Positions 19,301 through 28,982 of a DNA stretch of 64,000 bases are shown piece by piece (position 1 is the first letter of the stretch; every line of letters starts with the position of its first letter). The notes under the pieces were generated by a model. It ran no database searches. It worked only from the letters and a program-made list of their open reading frames with translations, and had not been told where the DNA came from. Position numbers and translations under genes: made by a program. Source of the stretch: an uncultured Lentisphaeraceae bacterium. Lineage in GTDB: Bacteria > Verrucomicrobiota > Kiritimatiellia > RFP12 > UBA1067. Location: the NCBI GenBank assembly GCA_964440985.1, contig CAYTWE010000004.1, positions 3,092-67,091 of the forward strand, read 5' to 3'.

Positions 19301-20737
19301 TCAGAACTTCACCGTCACTTCCCAGCGCAGGAACCAGGCCGGACGCGACGAATCGTAGTAGTCGCCCGGGTTGAACAGCTCAGCGACGACATGGCCGAAC
19401 ATTTCGAACCTGTCGACGCCGGTCGCCCCCTTCGGTGCAAGCACGAGCGGAAAATCGTAGCGCGTCGCGGAAAGCACACCCTTGAACATGCTCTCGCCCG
19501 AACCGTCCGCATGGCCGGCCCTGTCCTGCGCCGCCGCGAACATCGGACCTGAATATGCGGAGACCCTGTGCTTCGGGCCGATGTCAAGCCCGAGCGTGAA
19601 CTTCGGATAGGTCATGTTGCTCCAGTATCCGAGACCGTACAGGGTCCCGTACTGGAACATCTCTGAATCCTGCGGCGTGCGACCCCATAGCGGATCCCAT
19701 CCGATGTCATTGTCGCTGTCGCCTCCGTGATTGCGGTCGCCTGACAGGTACAGCACACTGAAGCGCGAATACGGATGCATCCCCTGCGCACTGCGCGATC
19801 TGTGGAAATCCACTGCGGCGTAGCCCATGCGCCCGCCGGCCTGACGGCTTCCGATCGAGCCGAACTGTTGGGCGAAATCGAACTCGAACGACAGGTTGTC
19901 GGTCACTTCCGGAAGCACATTCAACCCGACAGTGGTGATCTGCTTGTCCGGGACACGACGGTATCCCGACGCATGGTACGCCTCGTTGTGCTTATGCACC
20001 ACGTACGCCTTGTACGGGAAACTTCCGGATGCGAACGAATCATGCCACACAAGGCCACCGCCCCACTCATCCATGCCAGGACCGTCGGTCGGGTTTATGG
20101 CGTTCATCGGCCGCCCGCGCGAATTGTGGTTTCCGTAGCGGAACATGTTGCGTCCGTTGTTGTAGAGCGCGAACGCATCAAGTTTCGATTCGTCCGACGT
20201 ATGGAATGTGAACCGCACCATGTCCGAATAGCACGAACGCGACCCGACGTACGGAGAGCCGTCCGAGAGGATGCGGTCAAGACCAAATACGGAATGCCCC
20301 TGCTCCAGCATGTCCTGACGGCCGAACCTGAAATCCAGGAAGCCGTCGAACAGCCCCTTTCCGTCAAGATACAGGCTGTCGAGCACGACCTCATCCGGAA
20401 ACGTGTACGAACGGCGCTTGCGCGGCACACCGTTCTTCACGATATGTTCGCGAATCTCGTCCACAAGTCGCCCATACAGCGTGAAGCTGTCCCATGCCGC
20501 GCTTGCCCATATGCGTGGGCGGATGCGGATGTGGTTGATGTCCTTCTTGTATGCGCGGGGCATCATCGCGTTCGGCGCGCCCGGCAACCCGGTGACGTTG
20601 TGCATTATCTCCTGCCGCACACGCAGATCGGCCCCGGCGTCGAACACGACGGAATTGGTCGACTGCGCTTCAGCCGTCAGGAGCAGCGCCGCGAAGACTG
20701 CGGCGCTGACGGAAGGGGATGATGCAAACATTGACAT
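19301..20737 (-). CDS. Putative outer-membrane beta-barrel protein/porin.
   Basis: Signal peptide MSMFASSPSVSAAVFAALLLTAEAQS, aromatic-rich alternating pattern, C-terminal ...WEVTVKF (terminal Phe). Immediately downstream of kdgK, probably same operon. Confidence 0.45.
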   Translation of the reverse strand: MSMFASSPSVSAAVFAALLLTAEAQSTNSVVFDAGADLRVRQEIMHNVTGLPGAPNAMMPRAYKKDINHIRIRPRIWASAAWDSFTLYGRLVDEIREHIVKNGVPRKRRSYTFPDEVVLDSLYLDGKGLFDGFLDFRFGRQDMLEQGHSVFGLDRILSDGSPYVGSRSCYSDMVRFTFHTSDESKLDAFALYNNGRNMFRYGNHNSRGRPMNAINPTDGPGMDEWGGGLVWHDSFASGSFPYKAYVVHKHNEAYHASGYRRVPDKQITTVGLNVLPEVTDNLSFEFDFAQQFGSIGSRQAGGRMGYAAVDFHRSRSAQGMHPYSRFSVLYLSGDRNHGGDSDNDIGWDPLWGRTPQDSEMFQYGTLYGLGYWSNMTYPKFTLGLDIGPKHRVSAYSGPMFAAAQDRAGHADGSGESMFKGVLSATRYDFPLVLAPKGATGVDRFEMFGHVVAELFNPGDYYDSSRPAWFLRWEVTVKF

Positions 20738-20758
20738 TTTCCGGATGCCGTGCAAACG

Positions 20759-21832
20759 TCAGCGCTGGACGCGGGCGTTGCCCGCGTAGACGTCCCACAC
20801 CTGCTTTTCGTCGGCCGGCTCTGCATAGTCGTTGAGGGACGATGCCGCCATCACTCCGGATGCCCATCCGAACTGGAGGCACTTGTCCGCCGTCCAGCCC
20901 TTGAGGACGCCATACAGAAGTCCGCCGGTGAATCCGTCGCCGCCGCCGATGCGGTCAAGCACATCGATCTCACGCGGTTCTTCGACAAACCACTTGCCCT
21001 TGGAATAGAGGATTGCACCCCAAAGATGCTTTGATGCAGAGATGACCTGACGCAGCGTCGTGCCGTACATCTGCGCATTAGGATACTTCTTCGTCACCTG
21101 GACGATCATCTCCTTGAAGCGCTCGATCTTGCCCTGCAGATCCTTGCCGCCCGCCTCCGGCCCCTTGAAGCCGAGGCAGAGCTGGAAATCCTCTTCATTC
21201 CCAACGAGGATGTCTGCGACGGACGCGATCTTGTGGAACGCGGCGGCAAGCTCCTTCTCACGCCCCTTCCAGAAAGTGGCGCGGTAGTTGAGGTCGAACG
21301 AGACCAGCACACCGTACTTCTTCGCCTCGGCCGCAAGCTTGAGACAGCATTTCGTCGTTTCCGGGCTCATGGCGGCGATCAGTCCCGAAAGATGCAGAAT
21401 GCCGACGCCATCCTTGCCGAAAAGCCTTGCCGTATCGTAGTCCTTCGCGTCAAGTGTGCGGCCGACTTCGCCGGCGCGGTCATTCCACACGCGAGGTGCG
21501 CGAAGCCCGAAGCCGGAATCGGCGATGTTGAACTGGTGGCGGTATCCCCACGGCCCGCCCTGCGCCACGTCCGGTCCCGCATACGCAATGTTGCGGGCGC
21601 GGAGCTGCGCCTTGATGAACGCCGCCATGGGGCTTCCCTCAACGAAGCGCGTAAGCACAAGGCACTCCCTGCCGAGCGACGACGTCACGTTCAGCACGTT
21701 GGTCTCCGCACTCGTCGCCTGGAGTATGAAGCGGTTGGAGTTGTGCACGGCCATGCGGTTTTCCGGCGTGATGCGAAGTCCCATCGACGACAGGCAGGCC
21801 ACGGCGTACTTTGCGTTCTTCTTCACTTTCAT
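20759..21832 (-). CDS. kdgK: PfkB-family sugar kinase, 2-dehydro-3-deoxygluconokinase-like.
   Basis: PfkB signature DRIGGGDGFTGG near the C-terminus and a ribokinase-like fold. The gene-symbol assignment is tentative. Confidence 0.7.
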   Translation of the reverse strand: MKVKKNAKYAVACLSSMGLRITPENRMAVHNSNRFILQATSAETNVLNVTSSLGRECLVLTRFVEGSPMAAFIKAQLRARNIAYAGPDVAQGGPWGYRHQFNIADSGFGLRAPRVWNDRAGEVGRTLDAKDYDTARLFGKDGVGILHLSGLIAAMSPETTKCCLKLAAEAKKYGVLVSFDLNYRATFWKGREKELAAAFHKIASVADILVGNEEDFQLCLGFKGPEAGGKDLQGKIERFKEMIVQVTKKYPNAQMYGTTLRQVISASKHLWGAILYSKGKWFVEEPREIDVLDRIGGGDGFTGGLLYGVLKGWTADKCLQFGWASGVMAASSLNDYAEPADEKQVWDVYAGNARVQR

Positions 21833-21857
21833 TTCAAATACTCCTTTCTGGGACAGT

Positions 21858-22643
21858 TCAGAGTTCCTTGATCTTCAGGTTGCGGTAGGACACCGTGGAG
21901 TCCGAATGATCCTGCAGAAGTATGCGGCCTTCAGGAAGTTCGCCCCACTTGTTCCCGTCCGTACCCCATGTCGCGTACTTGGATTCGGCGACCGCCTGGC
22001 GGAACGCCTCGGAGCCGCGCTCGTACTCAAGCACCTTCTTGCCGTTGAGCCAATGCTCCACATGGCTGCCCTTCGAGACGATCATGCCACGATTCCATTC
22101 GCCTATCGAATTGCAGACCTTTTCGGCATTGGCGGGAATCAGGTCGTAGAGAGACGCCACGCGGCGGTTGCCGTCCTCGCCCTTGTCCCAGTCAGGATGG
22201 CCCTTGTCGAGAATCTGATACTCCTCGCAGGTGCCGCGGTTCTTCGTCTCGTCGTAGAAGTACTTCACGCCGGAATTTGCGCTGTCCGTGAGGCGGAAAT
22301 CAAACTTGAACACGAAATCCCTGTACTTCTTGACGGTGCAGATGTCGCCGCCGCCGCCAAGCTTCACGTCCTCCGGCGGAAGGTCAATCCACCTGCCGTT
22401 GGAGATGCCCTTGATGGGCAGCACGGTAAGCACCCCCTTGCGCATCTTCCAGCCACGATCAGGGAACGTCTTGCAGCCGGACTTCACTCCGACCCATCCG
22501 GCGGATGTCTTGCCGTCCCAGAGCAGTTGCCAACCCTCCGCCTTCTCCTTCTCGGACAACGTATTGGGAGCCTGCTCCGGCTCGCAGAACGTACAGCATC
22601 CCGCGACTGCCGCGAGCGCACCAAGAATCGTAAGCTTCTTCAT
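21858..22643 (-). CDS. DUF1080-family lipoprotein (3-keto-disaccharide hydrolase-like, LamG-type jelly roll).
   Basis: [26 protein letters not shown]...[20 protein letters not shown] is the DUF1080 C-terminal hallmark. Lipobox [27 protein letters not shown] start is taken at the internal Met. Confidence 0.65.
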   Translation of the reverse strand: MKKLTILGALAAVAGCCTFCEPEQAPNTLSEKEKAEGWQLLWDGKTSAGWVGVKSGCKTFPDRGWKMRKGVLTVLPIKGISNGRWIDLPPEDVKLGGGGDICTVKKYRDFVFKFDFRLTDSANSGVKYFYDETKNRGTCEEYQILDKGHPDWDKGEDGNRRVASLYDLIPANAEKVCNSIGEWNRGMIVSKGSHVEHWLNGKKVLEYERGSEAFRQAVAESKYATWGTDGNKWGELPEGRILLQDHSDSTVSYRNLKIKEL

Positions 22644-22678
22644 CTTTCGGTCAACCTTTCGTTGTTGGGTAAATGTGC

Positions 22679-22690
22679 GGATTATACCAT
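22679..22690 (-). promoter_or_regulatory. Extended -10 (TGGTATAATC) promoter for the DUF1080-kdgK-porin operon.
   Basis: The reverse complement is ATGGTATAATCC, about 30 nt upstream of the ATG at 22643. Confidence 0.5.
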
Positions 22691-22714
22691 ATCGGCCGTA
22701 CACGAGGCCTGACG

Positions 22715-25525
22715 TCAATGGGCCTCAAGCCAATTCCGGCCGACGCCGACGGACACCTCTATCGGAACTCCGACGTCGAGTGCGTGCTCCATCTCGCGCT
22801 TCGCTATGTCCACGACCTGATCCGCCTCCTCCTTCCGGACGTCAAACAGCAGTTCGTCGTGTATCTGAAGAATCATCCTGGACTTCAATCCGGCCTTCTT
22901 GATTGCACGGTCCACACGCACCATGGCGAGCTTGATCATGTCCGCCGCAGTTCCCTGCACAGGCGTGTTTATCGCATCGCGCTCCGCCGCCGTACGAGCC
23001 GTTGCATTGCGCGAGTTGATGTCGCGCAACGTCCTCCGCCGCCCGAGCAGCGTCTCCGCGTATCCGGTTTTGCGAGCCTTTGCGATGGCTTCGTCCATGT
23101 ATCTCCGAACCGCCGGATAGAGCTTGAAATACGTATCAATCAACGCGGCGGCCTCCGTCCGCGTCACTTTAAGCCTCTGCGCAAGGCCGAACGCGGATAT
23201 TCCGTAGATGATGCCGAAGTTGACCATCTTGCATTTCGAACGCTGCTCCGGGGTGACATCCTCCGGCGACACGCCGAAGACGCGGGCCGCGGCATCGCGG
23301 TGGATGTCCTCACCACGCTCGAACGCGCTCTTCATCGCCTCGTCTCCGCTCATCGCAGCCATCAGTCTCAGCTCTATCTGCGAATAGTCTGCGGAAACGA
23401 GCAGATGCCCGTCATCATGCGGAACGACTGCGGCGCGTATGTTCTTGCCGCGCTCAGTCCGCACCGGTATGTTCTGCAGGTTGGGGCCGCTTGACGAAAG
23501 CCGGCCAGTTTCGGTGAGCGACTGCGCGAACGTGGTGTGGATGCGTCCGTCCACCGGATCTATGCACTGCGGAAGCTTCTCCACGTACGTGGACTTAAGC
23601 TTGGAGCAGGTGCGGTACTCAAGAATGTCGAACACGACGGGATGCAGGCCGATGACGCTCTGCAGCGTCTTCTCGTCCGTCGACCAATGACCCTTCGTCG
23701 TGCGCTTCACTCCGGTGGGGTCGAGCTTGAGCTTGTCGAACAGCAGTTCGCCTATCTGCTTCGGCGAATCGATGTTCATCCCGGGATCGCCGTAGGACAT
23801 TATGGATTTGACGAGTCCCTGTATCTCCCTGTCCAGCGAAACGCCGTACGCCCGCAGCGCCGCCACGTCAATCTTTACGCCCGTAAGCTCCATCTCGGAA
23901 AGGATGTCTGAAAGCGGCTCCTCGCTCTCTTCGAGAACCTTGATCAGTCCGGCGTCCTTCACGGCGGGACGGAGTACGTCCTCAAGCTGCAACGTGACGT
24001 CAGCATCCTCGGCCGCGTAGTCCTTCACAAGCTCAGGCGGCAGGTCGCGCATGTTCTTCTGCGGCTTTCCGCGCTCCTTCGCGCCGATCAGATCCTCGAT
24101 AGGCACCGGTGCATATCCAAGACGCTCCCGCGCCATCACGTCCATGCCATGCCGTGCGGCGGCGTCCAGCACATAGTGTTCGAGCATCGTATCATGCACA
24201 GTAGACCCGAACCGTATTCCGTAGCGCTTCAGGAGCGTCGTGTCGAACTTCGCGTTCTGCGCTATGAGCGTCTTGTCCGGATCGGCGAACGCCTTGGCGA
24301 ACACCTGCACAAATTCCCTCGCAGAGACTGCGGATGACATCGAGAACGAAAACAGGTCGTCGGACGCGGCAACGCCTCCACCCTGCGGGACTGCGGCGTA
24401 CCAGGCGCGGCCAGGCTCTGTGGCGAAACTCATGCCTACGATGTCGGCGGTGCGGGCATCGGTGCTTGTTGTCTCGGTGTCAAACGCAAAGCGGGGAGCA
24501 GCCTCAAGTATCGCGGCCAACTCCCTGGCCTGTTCAATCGTCGTGACAAGACTGTACTCGTGCGGAACGTCGCGCAGCGTACGAAGGTGTTCCGGATCAG
24601 GTCTGTCATCGTTTCGCGACGTCGGCTCGTTGGCCCGTACGTTGACCGGAGACAGATATATGCCGAACCTCTTGGCGAGGTTGTACAGCTCGTATTTCAC
24701 GCACACCGCAGTCAGCCTGTCGGTGTCCGGCGGCGTAAGGCGGCACGTCTCGAGGTCTATGTCGATAGATACATCCGTCCGGATCGTAGCGAGGAATTTC
24801 GACAGCTTTGCGTCCTCCACTCCGGCGGACACCTTTTCGCCGATCTTGCCGCCTATTTCGGACGCATGGGCAATGATGTTCTCGATGCTGCCCCAGTCGT
24901 TGAGCAGCTGCGCGGCCGACTTCCCGCCTATTCCCTTTATGCCTGATATGTTGTCTGCGGTGTCCCCGGCGAGCGCAAGGAAATCGATCATCTGCTTCGG
25001 ATGCGCAAGCCCCCACATCCTCTTTACGTCCTCCACGCCAAGCACTTCGGACGCCGATGCGCCCTTCCCAGGACGGAACAGCTTTATCCTGTCCGTCACC
25101 AGCTGCGCGGCATCCTTGTCCGGCGTGACGACATACACCATGTCGAACCCCTCCGCCACGGCCTTCTCCGCAAGCGTACCGATGACGTCGTCCGCCTCGA
25201 ATCCTGACTTCCGCACGACAGGGATGTTCAGGGCGTCAGCGACCTCGAACGAATACGGTATGTTCTCCGCAAGCTCCTCAGGCATCTTCTGCCTGTGCGC
25301 CTTGTACCCCGGAAACATCTCGTGCCTGAAAGTCTTGCCGTCGGGATCCATGGCCAACGCCACATGCGTCGGCGAAATCTCCTTCAGCACGGCCATCACT
25401 CCGTTCACGAAGCCAAGAAGAGCCGATGTGTTGATCCCGGAATACGTGATGCGCGGCTTGTTCAGGAACACAAAATGGCCGCGATACAGAAATGGCATCA
25501 AATCGATGACGCACAGCGTTTTCAT
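22715..25525 (-). CDS. polA: DNA polymerase I.
   Basis: 5'-3' exonuclease N-terminus ([18 protein letters not shown]), 3'-5' exonuclease and polymerase domains. The start is at MKTL; the ORF-track upstream extension is rejected. Confidence 0.93.
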   Translation of the reverse strand: MKTLCVIDLMPFLYRGHFVFLNKPRITYSGINTSALLGFVNGVMAVLKEISPTHVALAMDPDGKTFRHEMFPGYKAHRQKMPEELAENIPYSFEVADALNIPVVRKSGFEADDVIGTLAEKAVAEGFDMVYVVTPDKDAAQLVTDRIKLFRPGKGASASEVLGVEDVKRMWGLAHPKQMIDFLALAGDTADNISGIKGIGGKSAAQLLNDWGSIENIIAHASEIGGKIGEKVSAGVEDAKLSKFLATIRTDVSIDIDLETCRLTPPDTDRLTAVCVKYELYNLAKRFGIYLSPVNVRANEPTSRNDDRPDPEHLRTLRDVPHEYSLVTTIEQARELAAILEAAPRFAFDTETTSTDARTADIVGMSFATEPGRAWYAAVPQGGGVAASDDLFSFSMSSAVSAREFVQVFAKAFADPDKTLIAQNAKFDTTLLKRYGIRFGSTVHDTMLEHYVLDAAARHGMDVMARERLGYAPVPIEDLIGAKERGKPQKNMRDLPPELVKDYAAEDADVTLQLEDVLRPAVKDAGLIKVLEESEEPLSDILSEMELTGVKIDVAALRAYGVSLDREIQGLVKSIMSYGDPGMNIDSPKQIGELLFDKLKLDPTGVKRTTKGHWSTDEKTLQSVIGLHPVVFDILEYRTCSKLKSTYVEKLPQCIDPVDGRIHTTFAQSLTETGRLSSSGPNLQNIPVRTERGKNIRAAVVPHDDGHLLVSADYSQIELRLMAAMSGDEAMKSAFERGEDIHRDAAARVFGVSPEDVTPEQRSKCKMVNFGIIYGISAFGLAQRLKVTRTEAAALIDTYFKLYPAVRRYMDEAIAKARKTGYAETLLGRRRTLRDINSRNATARTAAERDAINTPVQGTAADMIKLAMVRVDRAIKKAGLKSRMILQIHDELLFDVRKEEADQVVDIAKREMEHALDVGVPIEVSVGVGRNWLEAH

Positions 25526-25534
25526 AATGCGCCC

Positions 25535-25546
25535 GATTATACCACA
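25535..25546 (-). promoter_or_regulatory. Extended -10 (TGTGGTATAATC) 10 nt upstream of the polA ATG, giving a near-leaderless transcript.
   Basis: The reverse complement is TGTGGTATAATC-gggcgcatt-ATG, with no room for an RBS. Confidence 0.5.
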
Positions 25547-25568
25547 ATGCCCATGCCGCATGGAGCGG

Positions 25569-26439
25569 TCAGTGGTCGTGCCGCCCCTCGCCGTGCCATG
25601 GGATGAACGGCGGCACCTCGTCGATGCCGGCGGCAATCCTCTGGCGAACGGCCTCATACAGCAGAATCGTGGCGGCGGCGGACACGTTGAGGGAGTCCGC
25701 AAGGCCGAGCATCGGAATTCGTACGCGCAGCTCCGCTCCGTCCATCCACTTCTCCGTGAGGCCGTACTGCTCCGCGCCAAGCGCCACGGCGACGTTCCCC
25801 GTGAGATCAACCTCGAAATGCAGCCGCTCCGCATGTGGCGTAGCCGCAAGTATCTTGAACCCATTCGCCTTGAGCCAGGCCAAGGCCTCCTCGGATGTCG
25901 CCTCGACGATCGGCACCGAGAACATCGTGCCGGTAGACGCCCGCACCACGTTCGGGTTGTGTATGTCGGTCGTGCGGTCGCACACGATCACGGCGGACAC
26001 CTTTGCGGCGTCCGCGCTGCGGAGGATCGTTCCGAGGTTGCCGGGCTTCTCGATCGCCTCAGTCACCACAACAAGCGCGTTTGGAGGAAGCGAAAGGTCT
26101 GAAAGCCGTTTGGAGACGTGCGGCCCGGTCATCAGCAGACCGTCGGGGCGCTCCTTGTACGCCATCTTCACGAACGCCGTCTTTGAACACAGAAACACGT
26201 CCGCGCCCGCACGTTCGGCGTCATCCACGAGATTCCGTTCGTTCTCGTTTTTGAGGTACAGATCCGGACAGTGGAAGATTGCGTTCGGACGATATCCGTT
26301 GTCGAGCGCCCGGCGGCATTCACGAAAGCCCTCGACTATCATCTCACCCGTCTCCTCTCGCTCCGAACAGGAGCGAAGCTTGACGACGTGCTTTATCTTC
26401 GGATTCGCTGGACTAGTCAGTTCAGTTCTCACTTCCGGA
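25569..26439 (-). CDS. TrmH/SpoU-family RNA 2'-O-methyltransferase (RlmB-like).
   Basis: SPOUT domain (GNVAVALGAEQYGLT...LNVSAAATILLYE) with an N-terminal substrate-binding domain. The start is estimated at the GTG at 26439 after a GGAG RBS. Confidence 0.65.
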
Positions 26440-27070
26440 TCTCCTGCTGCTTCTGCTCCTTCGGGCTTTCGTACGGGCGCACACGCAAACGCGCACCGAC
26501 GCCCTCGCATATGCGGCGGCAGCGCTCCTGCTTCTCAGGCGAAGTGACCGGTTCGCCCACGACCGTCATCACAACGTCCGGCACGAATCTCGCCACCTCT
26601 TCGGCAAACTTCAGCATGGCGGGATACGCCGCCGCGCCGAACTTCGGACGGCACATCGACAGATACTCCTCCGGATCGTCGGTGTTGAGGCTTATCGAGA
26701 CCTCATCGACAAGCCCGGAAAATCTTGAAGCCGTAGGCGCTCCCGCAATCAAATCGGAAAGGCCGTTCGTGTTCACGCGGATCTTCACCTGAGGCCACCT
26801 GCCGCGAATGAACTTCGCGACCTCAAGCAGAACGTCAAGGCGTTCCGTCGGCTCGCCGTAGCCGCAGAATACGATTTCGCGGAACCGTTCGAAATCCCAG
26901 CCTGAAAGCGAACCCTCAATCTCGCACACCGTCGGCTCACGCTCCAGCCAGAGCGAACCGGACCCGAACACGCCGTCGGCGTTGTTGCGCAGGCAGAACG
27001 TGCAGGCGCACGGACACCGGTTCGTAAGGTTCACGTAGACCGAATCTTTCACCTGATAGGTAATGGTCAT
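26429..27070 (-). CDS. Small radical-SAM protein (CX3CX2C), TatD-associated-type.
   Basis: VNLTNRCPCACTFC near the N-terminus, 213 aa, with a GYGEPT glycine-rich SAM motif. Confidence 0.5.
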   Translation of the reverse strand: MTITYQVKDSVYVNLTNRCPCACTFCLRNNADGVFGSGSLWLEREPTVCEIEGSLSGWDFERFREIVFCGYGEPTERLDVLLEVAKFIRGRWPQVKIRVNTNGLSDLIAGAPTASRFSGLVDEVSISLNTDDPEEYLSMCRPKFGAAAYPAMLKFAEEVARFVPDVVMTVVGEPVTSPEKQERCRRICEGVGARLRVRPYESPKEQKQQEIRK

Positions 27071-27897
27071 GCCACAATCTCCGAAAGCACTTCCTCGAAA
27101 GCCAGGCCATCATGCGTCGGGATGCCAAGCGCCTCCGAGCGAGCGACGGCCTTCGAGACGAAAAGCGCAGCCCGGCGGACTGACTCCATGAATGATGCGC
27201 CGTTGAGAAGCGAACCGAGAAGCACCGATACGAACACGTCACCGGTGCCGCTTCTGTCCGCACCTATGCGCTTGACCGAAAAGACCTGCGACGCACTTCC
27301 CTTTTCGTACACGTAGTTCACAAGGTCGTCGCCACGCGCTATGCCGGAGATGACAATGCGCTTCGCGTGAACCGCAAGCGCACCGCAGAGGTCTTCCAGT
27401 TCGGCGTCGGTCATGTCCGGTGCATACGGCCTGTCCGCAAGGACGCAAGCCTCGGTAAGGTTGGGCGTAAGCACGTCCGCAACGTTGAGGAACGCCCGCA
27501 TGGACTTTGCAAGCTCGTCGTCGTATGTCGAGTACAGCCTTCCGTAGTCGCCCATCACCGGATCGACAAGCACCAGCGTATCGGGAGTGCGGAACGCTTC
27601 GATGAAGCGGAACACAAAATCTATCTGACGGCTGGAGCCGAGAAATCCGGTTGATATGGCGCTGAACCGCAAATCCAGCCTCTTCCACTGCTCAACATAG
27701 TCGTCAAGGTGGTCGGTGCAGTCCGTCCACGCATATGACGGAAAGCCTGTGTGGTTTGTGAAGATCGCAGTCGGGACCGGACAGCACTGAACCTTCATCG
27801 CCGACAGTATCGGCAGGGCGACTGTCAGCGAACATCTCCCGAACCCGGAGAAATCGTTTATGGCCGCAACTTTCCTTTGTCTGTTGTGGTCTTCCAT
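27067..27897 (-). CDS. pdxK: Pyridoxal/pyridoxine/pyridoxamine kinase.
   Basis: PfkB-like fold with GTGDVFVSVLLGSLLNG at the C-terminus; the N-terminus FSGFGRCSLTVALPIL resembles PdxY. Confidence 0.7.
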   Translation of the reverse strand: MEDHNRQRKVAAINDFSGFGRCSLTVALPILSAMKVQCCPVPTAIFTNHTGFPSYAWTDCTDHLDDYVEQWKRLDLRFSAISTGFLGSSRQIDFVFRFIEAFRTPDTLVLVDPVMGDYGRLYSTYDDELAKSMRAFLNVADVLTPNLTEACVLADRPYAPDMTDAELEDLCGALAVHAKRIVISGIARGDDLVNYVYEKGSASQVFSVKRIGADRSGTGDVFVSVLLGSLLNGASFMESVRRAALFVSKAVARSEALGIPTHDGLAFEEVLSEIVA

Positions 27898-28021
27898 TCT
27901 CAACAGTCCATCGCCGTGCATTTGCAAAGTGGATGCGGCGATATGGCCGCATCCACTCCGTTCAACAGCTGAACCAGCACCCGCCGTCCTTGCGGACGGA
28001 ACGGGTGGTCGGTCACTCCGG

Positions 28022-28783
28022 TCAGGCCTTGGCGGCCGCAGAGATGATGCCGGCGAAGTCCTCGGCCTTGAGGGCGGCGCCGCCGATGAGACCGCCGTCG
28101 ATGTCCTTCTTGGCGAGCAGCTCAGCGGCGTTGCCGGGCTTCATCGAGCCGCCGTACTGGATGCGGACAGTCTCGGCCGTTTCGGCGCCAACGAGCTTGG
28201 CAAGCGTGGCGCGGATGAGTGCATGGACCTCCTGCGCCTGATCGGGCGTAGCCGTCTTTCCGGTTCCGATCGCCCACACAGGCTCGTACGCGATCACAAG
28301 CTTCGCGCAGTCCGCCGCCGTGACGTCCTTGAGGCCGACGTTCATCTGACGCTCGATGACCTCGTTGAGCTTTCCGGCCTCGCGCTCCTCAAGCGTTTCG
28401 CCGACGCAGACGATGGCCGTAAGCCCCGCCGCGATCACAGCACGCGTACGCTTGTTCACCGTCTCGTCCGTCTCGCCGAAGTACTGGCGGCGTTCCGAGT
28501 GACCGATGATCACGTACTCGACCCCGGCGTCAACGAGCATTCCCGTGGAGATTTCGCCGGTGAACGCACCCTTCGCCTCCCAGTGCGCGTTCTCCGCACC
28601 GGCCTTGACCTGTGTTCCCTTGCAGGCCTCAACTGCGGCGGGAATGTCGATTGCGGGTGTGCAGCACACGATGTCGACGTTATTGAAATCCTTTGTCGCC
28701 TCAGCGATTGCCTTCACGAGAGCCGCCGTCTCCGAGGGCTTGACGTTCATCTTCCAGTTGCCGGCGATGATTTTCTTGCGCAT
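28022..28783 (-). CDS. tpiA: Triose-phosphate isomerase.
   Basis: MRKKIIAGNWKMN... with AYEPVWAIGTG and the GGS phosphate loop. The start is at the internal Met. Confidence 0.92.
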   Translation of the reverse strand: MRKKIIAGNWKMNVKPSETAALVKAIAEATKDFNNVDIVCCTPAIDIPAAVEACKGTQVKAGAENAHWEAKGAFTGEISTGMLVDAGVEYVIIGHSERRQYFGETDETVNKRTRAVIAAGLTAIVCVGETLEEREAGKLNEVIERQMNVGLKDVTAADCAKLVIAYEPVWAIGTGKTATPDQAQEVHALIRATLAKLVGAETAETVRIQYGGSMKPGNAAELLAKKDIDGGLIGGAALKAEDFAGIISAAAKA

Positions 28784-28905
28784 TTCTGTTCTGACCTTTC
28801 TGTATCCTTGCTTCTTGTTGCAAAATGCCCGCTGGAGGGGTTTCTCTCCAGACATATGTCCGCCCTCCTGCCGACACCCGCCGGGCATGGGAAAGCTTTT
28901 GGCGC

Positions 28906-28917
28906 GTAATTATACAC
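28906..28917 (-). promoter_or_regulatory. -10 element (GTGTATAAT) for tpiA, with a 5' UTR of about 120 nt.
   Basis: The reverse complement is ATGGTGTATAATTA; a long structured leader lies before the tpiA ATG at 28783. Confidence 0.35.
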
Positions 28918-28982
28918 CATCGGTGTTCCGTTTTGCAAGAAAATTGGAAATCAATTCATTTTCCTGGAACGGCAGCACCTCG

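Noticed and set aside
22715-25864. N-terminally extended start codons in the ORF track for polA (25864), the CN hydrolase (45710), the esterase (54932), the M16 peptidase (52173), DUF1080 (22718), tpiA (28888), pyrG (7000) and the ASKHA kinase (11901).
   Set aside because: The extensions are Arg/Cys-rich and lack signal or domain features. Internal Mets coincide with conserved protein N-termini, with RBSs, or with an extended -10 6 to 10 nt upstream, so shorter genes were annotated.
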